A stretch of 50,174 nucleotides of DNA from Acidobacteriota bacterium (lineage in GTDB: Bacteria > Acidobacteriota > Vicinamibacteria > Vicinamibacterales > UBA8438): contig JAPOYG010000346.1 of NCBI GenBank assembly GCA_026706755.1, forward strand, positions 1-50,174, read 5' to 3'. Shown here piece after piece: positions 1 through 6,667 of the stretch (positions are counted from its first letter, which is position 1; the number at the start of each line of letters is the position of its first letter). The position numbers and the translations under genes were made by a program. The notes below the pieces were generated by a model that searched no databases, was not told the DNA's origin, and worked only from the letters and a program-made list of their open reading frames with translations.

Positions 1-93
1 GTCCGGGTCGAGCGCGGCGGCTCGCCCGCAGGCCAGGGAGCCGGCGACGACCGCGGCGGCGAGGACTCCGACGAGGGCGTGGCGTGCGTGCAT
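1..93 (-). CDS. 5-prime fragment of a putative exported protein or lipoprotein gene (continues past window start)
   Basis: Minus-strand ATG (cat at 91-93) followed by MHARHALVGVLAAAVVAGSLACGRAAALDPD, a hydrophobic signal-like stretch ending in Cys. Codon third positions are almost all G/C. Too short for the ORF track, so support is weak. Confidence 0.25.
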   Translation of the reverse strand, partial: MHARHALVGVLAAAVVAGSLACGRAAALDPD

Positions 94-206
94 TGCCTCT
101 CCTCCCGGTTCCGGCGGGAACCGCCTTCAAGTCTATCGCGGGACGGGCGGCCGGCGGCACGGCTTCTCCGGGGCGGGACGGTTCGCGGTCGGCGATAATC
201 GGCCGC

Positions 207-1223
207 ATGCCCGACCGCGTGCGCGTCTTCGCCCCCGCCACGGCCTCGAACCTCGGTCCCGGCTTCGACGTGCTGGGCCTCGCCCTCGAGCGTCCCGGCG
301 ACGTGGTCGAGGCGGAGGCGTGCGATCGGCCCGGCGTCGAGATTGTCGAGGTGACCGGCGCGGACTCGCTCAACACCAATCCGCGGGAGAACGTGGTCGG
401 CATCGCCGCCGCCGCCGCGCTGGAACGGCTTCCCGCCGACGGCCGCGGAGTCCGCTTGTGGCTGCACAAGCAGATGCCGCTCGGGAGCGGCCTCGGCAGC
501 TCGGCCGCGAGCAGCGTCGGGGGCGCCGTCGCCGTGAACGCGCTCTTCGGCGGCGCGCTCTCGAGCGACGACCTGGTGGCCTGCGCCCTGCGGGGCGAGG
601 CCGCCGCCTCGGGAACGGCCCACGCCGACAACGTTGCGCCGAGCGTGCTGGGCGGCATCGTCCTGATCCGCTCGTCCGATCCGCTCGACCTGATCCGGCT
701 GCCGGTGCCCGATACCCTCCGCGTCGTCCTGGTCCACCCGCACGCCCGGGTGCTGACTGCCGAGGCCCGGCGGCGCGTGGCCGAGCGGAGCTTCTCCATC
801 GGGCAGGCGGTGGCGAACCTGGGCAACGTCGCCGCGCTCGTCACCGCGCTCCACCGCGGCGACCTCGCCATGCTCGGCCGGAGCATCCAGGACGCGCTGG
901 TCGAGCCGATCCGGGCTCCGCTGGTGCCCGCCTTCGCCGAGGTGAAGCGCGCCGCGCTCGACGCCGGCGCACTCGGCTGCTCGATATCCGGTTCCGGCCC
1001 GAGCGTGCTCGCCTTCGCGGGCTCGGACGCGGCCGCCGACGCCGTGGCCGAGGCCATGCAGGCGGCCTTCACCGCCGCCGGCCTCGGGAGCGACCGCTAC
1101 GTCGGTCCGGTCAACCGCGCGGGGGCCGGCGTGGTGGGCGCGAAACCGATTCCGACGGACCGGCTGGGGGCCCTCGATCGCGCCCTCGAGAGCAACCGTC
1201 CGACGAGCGGCGCGGACTCCTGA
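207..1223 (+). CDS. thrB: homoserine kinase
   Basis: ORF 84-1223 trimmed to ATG 207 (MPDRVRVFAPATASNLGPGFDVLGLAL). It carries the GHMP-kinase phosphate-binding motif PLGSGLGSSAASSVG and the N-terminal FAPAT.SNLGPGFD pattern typical of ThrB. Confidence 0.9.
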   Translation: MPDRVRVFAPATASNLGPGFDVLGLALERPGDVVEAEACDRPGVEIVEVTGADSLNTNPRENVVGIAAAAALERLPADGRGVRLWLHKQMPLGSGLGSSAASSVGGAVAVNALFGGALSSDDLVACALRGEAAASGTAHADNVAPSVLGGIVLIRSSDPLDLIRLPVPDTLRVVLVHPHARVLTAEARRRVAERSFSIGQAVANLGNVAALVTALHRGDLAMLGRSIQDALVEPIRAPLVPAFAEVKRAALDAGALGCSISGSGPSVLAFAGSDAAADAVAEAMQAAFTAAGLGSDRYVGPVNRAGAGVVGAKPIPTDRLGALDRALESNRPTSGADS

Positions 1224-1236
1224 AGGATTCCTCGCC
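1209..1236. terminator. imperfect hairpin between convergent thrB and fetB-like genes, with the thrB stop codon in the loop; related to the REP-like family
   Basis: GGCGCGGACTCC-TGAA-GGATTCCTCGCC, with 10 of 12 stem positions pairing. The left arm plus loop (GGCGCGGACTCCTGAAGGA) is identical to the reverse complement of 2873-2891. No U-tract. Confidence 0.35.
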
Positions 1237-1250
1237 CTGGTGCGCCGTCC

Positions 1251-1982
1251 TCAGACGCGGTCCGACGGAGAGGGCTCGCCGCCCCGCGGGCGCTGCAGGG
1301 CCAGGAAGCACGCCGCCGACATCCCCGCCGCGCCGAACATCATGCACATCACCATGATCTGGTAGCGGACCGCGATCAACGGGGAGACGCCCGAGAGAAT
1401 CTGGCCGGTCATCATTCCGGGGAGCGACACCAGGCCCACCGCGAACAGCGAGTTGACCTGGGGAATCAGCGCCGAGCGCATGGCGATGGGACGCGCGTCG
1501 GGGTAGGTCGCGCCGCGGTTGAGCTCGGCGTCGAGCCGCTCCGCCGACAGGCTGACCGCGTTCATCGACGCCGCGAGCACCATTCCGCCCAGAGGGATGA
1601 GGACGGTCGGGTCGTGCCAGGGGTCGGCGGCCAGGACGCCCTGCGTGACCACGGCCAGGGTCGACAGCCCGCCGGCCGCGATCGCGGCCAGCGCGTGCGG
1701 GTAGACCGCTGCGCGGCGCGCGGCGATCGGCCGCAGCGAGATCCAGCCGGCGGCGGACAGCATGACGGCCAGGGCTCCGAGCACCACCGCCGGGTGCTCC
1801 GTCCCGAAGAGGAAGGTCAGCGTGTAGCCGACCAGCGCGAGTTGCGCCACCATGCGGCCGAGTCCGTAGAGGGCCGTGCCGGCTCCAATCGACCAGCGGT
1901 GGAGGACGGCCAGTACGACGGCGGCCGGCAGCAGCGCGAGACTGAGGTTGGCGATCGGGATCGCGTCGACGGCAGGGCTCAT
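1251..1982 (-). CDS. fetB: FetB/YbbM-family (UPF0014) ABC-type permease
   Basis: ORF 1251-2036 trimmed to the ATG at 1982 (MSPAVDAIPIANLSLALL). It is a multi-TM protein. The C-terminal ALIPQVNSLFAVGLVSLPGMMTGQILSGVSPLIAVRYQIMVM parallels the conserved VGLVSLPGMMSG...KYQIMV block of E. coli FetB. Confidence 0.8.
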   Translation of the reverse strand: MSPAVDAIPIANLSLALLPAAVVLAVLHRWSIGAGTALYGLGRMVAQLALVGYTLTFLFGTEHPAVVLGALAVMLSAAGWISLRPIAARRAAVYPHALAAIAAGGLSTLAVVTQGVLAADPWHDPTVLIPLGGMVLAASMNAVSLSAERLDAELNRGATYPDARPIAMRSALIPQVNSLFAVGLVSLPGMMTGQILSGVSPLIAVRYQIMVMCMMFGAAGMSAACFLALQRPRGGEPSPSDRV

Positions 1983-2156
1983 GGTCGCCGCAGAGCATAC
2001 CCGCCGCGCGGACGTGCGGAGAGCCGGGGCGTGCACGGGCGCCTGGCGCCACGGTCTCGAGCGGCCGCTCGGTCGCGGACCGCGGCTTCGCCCGGCGGCC
2101 CGGTCGCGGCGTTGCGGGGACGCGTGCGGATTGCCGGAGCGCGCCGGGGCGATCGG

Positions 2157-2744
2157 CTACTCCGGGGCCGCGGCGCCCGCCGCGTCGGAGGCCGGCGGCG
2201 GGGGTGGCGGCTCGGCCTGGGCCTGGGCCGGGGCGACGGGCTCCGGTTGGGCCGGCATGATGAGCCAGACCAGCACGTAGACGAGCACCCCGCCGACGAT
2301 CAGGCCCGGGAAGACCGACAGGACCACCCAGAGCAGGCGGACCGCGGTCGCGTCTACCTGAAAGTACTCGGCGATGCCTCCGCAGACGCCGCCGATCGTC
2401 ACGTCCCGCGTGGAGCGCTGCAGGCGCTTCCGGCCGCCGACCCCGCTGGTGATGACCGGCTCCGTGCCGTACGCGGCCTCCGGCACGATGAGCCAGCCCA
2501 CGGCGTAGGCGAGCACGCCGAGCAGGATGGTGCCGGGCACGATCGTCAGCACGACCCACAGCACCCGGACGAACACCGGGTCGACGTCGAGGTAGCGGGC
2601 TATGCCGCCGCACAGGCCGGCTATCTGGCGGTCCACCTGCGACCGCCGCAGCGCGGGCCGGTCCTCGGGTTCGCGGCGCGCGCCGCAGAACTGGCAGAAC
2701 GCCGCCGCGTCGGCCATTTCACGACCACATCGGTGACAGTGCAT
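2157..2744 (-). CDS. zinc-ribbon plus tandem PspC-domain membrane protein
   Basis: N-terminal MHCHRCG...FCQFCG zinc ribbon. There are two PspC-type units (IAGLCGGIARYLDVDPVFVRVLWVVL and IGGVCGGIAEYFQVDATAVRLLWVVL), each followed by a TM helix, then a Pro/Ala-rich tail. Confidence 0.8.
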   Translation of the reverse strand: MHCHRCGREMADAAAFCQFCGARREPEDRPALRRSQVDRQIAGLCGGIARYLDVDPVFVRVLWVVLTIVPGTILLGVLAYAVGWLIVPEAAYGTEPVITSGVGGRKRLQRSTRDVTIGGVCGGIAEYFQVDATAVRLLWVVLSVFPGLIVGGVLVYVLVWLIMPAQPEPVAPAQAQAEPPPPPPASDAAGAAAPE

Positions 2745-2878
2745 CGGTGCGTCCCCTCATTCGAGACATACGGAGCCGCGCCGCGCCGGTTCCATCGGCC
2801 AGACTCCTCGCCCGCCGTTCGTCGCCGCGACCGCCAGGTCGCGCTGCGGCCTCCGCCCGGCGCCCAGCCCAGTCCTTC

Positions 2879-2911
2879 AGGAGTCCGCGCCGTTCTACGG
2901 CGCGGACTCCT
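2879..2911 (-). repeat. REP-like perfect palindrome abutting the stop codon of the TolB-like gene
   Basis: AGGAGTCCGCGCC-GTTCTAC-GGCGCGGACTCCT, a 13-bp perfect stem with a 7-nt loop. The stop codon (cta at 2910-2912) overlaps the arm, so the minus-strand transcript reads UAGGAGUCCGCGCC GUAGAAC GGCGCGGACUCCU. This is the same sequence as at 44865-44898. Confidence 0.7.
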
Positions 2912-4703
2912 ACTCGGCCCCAGGCGGCCCGAAGACGGCCGCCTGCCAGCCGCCCAGAAGTTGCATCGCGTTCGACCGTCCCGCCGGCCGGAGCATCAGG
3001 AGCCGCGACCCTGCGTCGACATCGTACGCCGGCAGATTGTCCAGCGGATCCACGAGAAACGCTCCGTCGAAGAGGTGCTCGGGCACGCCGGCGGCCGGGC
3101 GGCCCGAGCCGTCGCCGGCGATCGCCACGCGGAAGAGCCCGCGCCCCCGCCGGTAGAACAGCGTGGCCTCGGAAGGCGCCCAGACCGGCTCGGTGCCGCC
3201 GGCCGGCGACACGCGGAGCGGCGGCCCGGCGTGGTCGTCGACCGCCCGCACGTACACCTGATCGCCGTCGCCCCGCTCGGCGTCCGACACGTAGGCCAGC
3301 CACCGGCCGTCCGGCGAGAACGCCGGCGCGCGCTCGTTGGCCGCGGTGGCCAGCCACGTCTCCGGCTCCGCGCCCCGCCGCCAGAGCCAGATGTCGCGGG
3401 CCCGGTCGGCGTGCACCTCGTGGAAGGCAAGGCGCTGCCCGTCCGGCGACCAGGAGCCGGGCGCCCGCAGGTCGCCGCCGAACAGCGGACCGGAGACCTC
3501 CGCGTTCCCGGTCCGGAGGCGGAAGACGCGCTGCAGGCCGGTGCGCGACGAGGCGAACGTCAGGGCCGCTCCGTCGCGCGTCCAGAGCGGCGAGTGGTTG
3601 TCGCCGGCGTCGCGCGTGAGCTGCCGCCGCGTGCCCCGGTCGAGGTCGAGCAGCCAGAGGTCGCGGCGCAGGACCGCCGTCGTGGCGCTGAACGCCGCCT
3701 GCCGGCCGTTCGGAGCGGTGCGCGGGGTCTGGTGCCGGGCCGCCACGCCGTCGACCGCCTCGAACCGGCCGTCCGGGTCGACCCGCACGAGGTGCGAATC
3801 GCCCTCCGCCCGGGTGGGCGGAACGAAGACGAGCGTTCCGTCCCGCGCCGCCGCGATCCGCGAGCGGCCCAGGCCGCGGTCGCCCACCGCGCGGCCCGCC
3901 ACGCCCCGGAGCACGGGCCGCGGCGAGGGCACGGGCTGCCGGCCGGCGCTCTCGAGGTCGATGGCGGCCGCGAAGATCTCGCCCCGCCGCGCGAACACGA
4001 CCGCGGACGGCGCGACGAAGTGACCCCCGCCGTCCGCGAGCGGCAGCGTGCGCGAGTCTCCCGTCTCGCGGTCGAGGAGAGCCAGGCGCGGGTCGCGCCC
4101 CCGGCGGCCCACCGTGTAGAGCACGTGGCGCGCGTCGATCGCGTGCGGCCAGCCGTGCGCCGTCTCCTCCGCCTCCTCGTCGACGGCGGTCAGCGCGACC
4201 GGGTCGCCGCCGCCGGCGGGCACTTCCTGGAGGCCGGCGCGCCCGGGGCCGCCGAAGAGGATCGTGCCGCCCGGAGTCCACGCCCCGCCGGCCGGCTCGC
4301 CGGCCAGGCGGCAGACGACGGCCGGCGCCGCCGCGTCGTCCCCCGGCGCCACCGTCTTGAGGAACCCGTCCGCGAAGAACCCCACCGTCTCGCCGTCGGG
4401 CGAGAAGAAGGGCTGGCTCGCACCCTCCGTGCCCGGGACGGACCGGGCGTCGAAGCGGTCCAGCCGCCGGACGTAGAGGCGAGAGCGCCCGTCCCGTATC
4501 GCGGTATAGGCGATCCGGCGGCCGTCGCCCGAGATCGCCACGTCGAGCAGGTCGAGGTCCGAGGACACGCGGATCGACACCGCCTGCCGCGGCGGGGGTG
4601 GGGGCGGGGGCTCCCGCAACAGGAGCCACGCCGCGCCGGCGCCGATCGCGGCCCCGGTCAGGGCCGCGAGGGCCGCGCTCGCGAGCACCGTGCGGCGCAC
4701 CAT
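2910..4703 (-). CDS. membrane-anchored TolB-like (PD40/WD40-like) beta-propeller protein
   Basis: N-terminal TM (VLASAALAALTGAAIGAGAAWLLL) and a poly-Pro linker. It is followed by repeated PD40-like units (FSPDGETVGF, WSPDGQRLAF, FSPDGRWLAYVSD, WTRDGAALTF). Confidence 0.75.
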   Translation of the reverse strand: MVRRTVLASAALAALTGAAIGAGAAWLLLREPPPPPPPRQAVSIRVSSDLDLLDVAISGDGRRIAYTAIRDGRSRLYVRRLDRFDARSVPGTEGASQPFFSPDGETVGFFADGFLKTVAPGDDAAAPAVVCRLAGEPAGGAWTPGGTILFGGPGRAGLQEVPAGGGDPVALTAVDEEAEETAHGWPHAIDARHVLYTVGRRGRDPRLALLDRETGDSRTLPLADGGGHFVAPSAVVFARRGEIFAAAIDLESAGRQPVPSPRPVLRGVAGRAVGDRGLGRSRIAAARDGTLVFVPPTRAEGDSHLVRVDPDGRFEAVDGVAARHQTPRTAPNGRQAAFSATTAVLRRDLWLLDLDRGTRRQLTRDAGDNHSPLWTRDGAALTFASSRTGLQRVFRLRTGNAEVSGPLFGGDLRAPGSWSPDGQRLAFHEVHADRARDIWLWRRGAEPETWLATAANERAPAFSPDGRWLAYVSDAERGDGDQVYVRAVDDHAGPPLRVSPAGGTEPVWAPSEATLFYRRGRGLFRVAIAGDGSGRPAAGVPEHLFDGAFLVDPLDNLPAYDVDAGSRLLMLRPAGRSNAMQLLGGWQAAVFGPPGAE

Positions 4704-4718
4704 GGGCAGGGCCTCGCC

Positions 4719-5702
4719 TCAGTCCCCGTAGCGGGCGCGGGCGGCGTCCAGATCCGCCGCAACCTGCCGCGCCAGACTCTCGGGCGCCCGCACGCGCACG
4801 CCCGGTCCGAAGCTCAGGATCCAGCTCCGCAGCGCCCCGTCGTTGCACACGTCCATCGTGACGACGACCGACCCCCCCGGCCCGGGCGCCAACGCCTGCG
4901 ACGGATGCCAGACCCGTTCCTGGACGTAGGGGGCGAGATCGGCCGCGAACTCGAGCTCGACCCGCTCGGGGGGGCCCTGGTGGATGCCGAGCGAGTGGGG
5001 GAAGGCCGCCTCGCCCAGGTCCTCGACCGGCTCGAAGGTCTCGTCGAGGGGCGTCAGGCGCCGGATCCGTTCGACGGCGAACGTGCGCACCTGGCCGTAG
5101 CGCGGCACGTAGGCGAAGAGATACAGGCCTCCTTCGGCGTAGACGAGGCGGTAGGGATCGATGCGGTACTCCTTCTCCCGCCGGCTGGATCGCGAGTGAT
5201 AGCGCATCTCCAGCCGGCGCTGGTGCAGCAGCGCGTCGAGGAGGCGGCCGATGGCGGCGCGCTGCAGCGCGTCGTCGAGGCGCCGCGCGGGCGGCGCCTT
5301 GGCCTGGATGACGTCCGGCAGGCGGTCGAGGAAGCGGCGCAGCCGCGGGCCGAGGGCCGCCTCGAGCTTGGCGAACGCTCCCCGGAGGTCCTGGCCGAAG
5401 GGCGGGAGGGCGAAGCATTCGACGAGCGTGCGGCTGAAGTAGAGCGCCGACAGCTCGGCGAGGGTGAAGGCCGTGTGATCGAGCCTCCGGAAGGGCCGCG
5501 TGTCGAGCCGCCAGCGCTTCGCGGCCTCGCCCGGCTCGTCGTAGAGCGGGAAGCCCGCCTCCTGCAAGGCCTCGAGGTCGCGGCGGATCGTCCTGGTGGT
5601 GACGCCGGTCGACTCGGCAAGCTGGCGGATCGTCGCGCCCCGCGAGGCCTCCATCTCGCGGAGGATGGTCCACTGGCGGATGACTTCGGCGTTGCGGGGC
5701 AT
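4719..5702 (-). CDS. HTH plus WYL-domain transcriptional regulator
   Basis: N-terminal winged-HTH (RQWTILREMEASRGATIRQLAESTGVTTRTIRRDLEALQEAGFPLY). The central WYL-type block is IDPYRLVYAEGGLYLFAYVPRYGQVRTFAVERI, followed by a C-terminal extension. There is only a 15-nt gap to the downstream TolB-like gene. Confidence 0.85.
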   Translation of the reverse strand: MPRNAEVIRQWTILREMEASRGATIRQLAESTGVTTRTIRRDLEALQEAGFPLYDEPGEAAKRWRLDTRPFRRLDHTAFTLAELSALYFSRTLVECFALPPFGQDLRGAFAKLEAALGPRLRRFLDRLPDVIQAKAPPARRLDDALQRAAIGRLLDALLHQRRLEMRYHSRSSRREKEYRIDPYRLVYAEGGLYLFAYVPRYGQVRTFAVERIRRLTPLDETFEPVEDLGEAAFPHSLGIHQGPPERVELEFAADLAPYVQERVWHPSQALAPGPGGSVVVTMDVCNDGALRSWILSFGPGVRVRAPESLARQVAADLDAARARYGD

Positions 5703-5945
5703 CGCGCGGGGCGGGCGCCGGCGGCGGTTCGCGGCATCGAACCGCGCCGGGGCGCGTCACGTCTCTTTCGATCATACGGGCGATGCGAAGACCCGCCGCC
5801 GGGTATGACCTTCCCTGTCACACCGCCCGCGTACGTTGGGTGGAGGCGGTCGCCTGTCGTCCCGAGCGCCCGCGGCCCCCGGCGTTGGACTCGCGGTGGG
5901 TGGAGGCGCGGCAGACACTCGGTACGCGATGGGGAAAGGGATACG

Positions 5946-6341
5946 ATGATGAGATGGCGCGCGGCGGGATCGACACGGCAGCTCGACCTCGGCTACAGCG
6001 CCGCGCGGCTGCCCGCCGCGCGGCGGGTCGCGGGCCCGCGACCCGGCCCGGCGCGGCTCTGCGCGGTGTGCGGTCGCTGGCCGGCTCGGCTCACTCTCGA
6101 ACGGACGCGCGGCGGCCCGCCCCCGCGCGTCTGCCTGCGCTGCCACGTGACGGCGTTGCGCCAGAGGCGGTCGGCGTACGCGGGGCCGGCGCGGAACGCG
6201 CAGCGTTCGACCGTGTCCGGCCGGAGCGACCTGATCGTCCCGCGGGAGAGCGCCCTGCCCCTCGAGGCGAAGTACCGGCTGCTCTCCCGGTCGCGCCGCG
6301 AGGCGCAGGAGGTTGCGCGGCGGGCTCTGATGTCGGACTGA
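5946..6341 (+). CDS. small Arg-rich putative zinc-ribbon protein (paralog 1)
   Basis: In-frame tail of the artefactual ORF 1614-6341, starting at ATGATG 5946, which is preceded by GAAAGGGA. About 9 in 10 codons end in G/C by my count. The motif is LCAVCG-x20-VCLRC-x3-ALR, and the C-terminal LPLEAKYRLLSRSRREAQEVARRAL looks helical. No family recognised. Confidence 0.4.
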   Translation: MMRWRAAGSTRQLDLGYSAARLPAARRVAGPRPGPARLCAVCGRWPARLTLERTRGGPPPRVCLRCHVTALRQRRSAYAGPARNAQRSTVSGRSDLIVPRESALPLEAKYRLLSRSRREAQEVARRALMSD

Positions 6342-6436
6342 AGGCGGACGGCGCGCCGCTCTTCCTCTACGGAAGGCGCTGCGGCCGCCGATACCTCGTA
6401 CAGGGGCTTGGGGCCCTTTCGCGGGAGGTGTGCGAC

Positions 6437-6664
6437 ATGACCAGTCTCGATGGCCCGGAAGGTGACGAAAGACGGCGCGAGATAGCCCGCCACGCGTCGC
6501 GGCGGGAAGGGAAGCTCTGTCGCCGCTGCGGGAAGCGCGACGCGCTGGCGGCTCGGTACACCTGGAAGCGGCGCGTCAACCGGCGACGCCATCACGACCT
6601 CTGCTTCCGCTGCCGCCGGGCGTTGCGGGATTCGGAACGGGCAACGGCTCCGCCGCGTCGCTGA
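6437..6664 (+). CDS. small Arg-rich putative zinc-ribbon protein (paralog 2)
   Basis: ATG 6437 is preceded by GGGAGG (6423-6428) at SD distance. The motif LCRRCG-x22-LCFRC-x2-ALR has the same pattern as ORF 5946-6341. The stop at 6662-6664 lies 3 nt before the AddB-like start candidate. Confidence 0.45.
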   Translation: MTSLDGPEGDERRREIARHASRREGKLCRRCGKRDALAARYTWKRRVNRRRHHDLCFRCRRALRDSERATAPPRR

Positions 6665-6667
6665 ACC

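Noticed and set aside
1614-6341. 1575-aa plus-strand ORF spanning the fetB-like, PspC, TolB-like and WYL regions
   Set aside because: It is Arg/Pro/Gly/Ala-dominated with no recognisable motifs. It runs antisense to four genes that have clear family signatures. This is the typical stop-codon-poor artefact of GC-rich DNA. Only its last 131 codons (5946-6341), which lie in an otherwise gene-free gap, were kept as a tentative small ORF.
5783-6664. Single 293-aa ORF covering the whole WYL-addB intergenic area
   Set aside because: Its first two thirds are Arg/Ala/Pro-rich and overlap, out of frame, the better-supported 5946-6341 ORF. Only the last 75 codons (from ATG 6437, with a GGGAGG RBS and the four-Cys motif) look coding.
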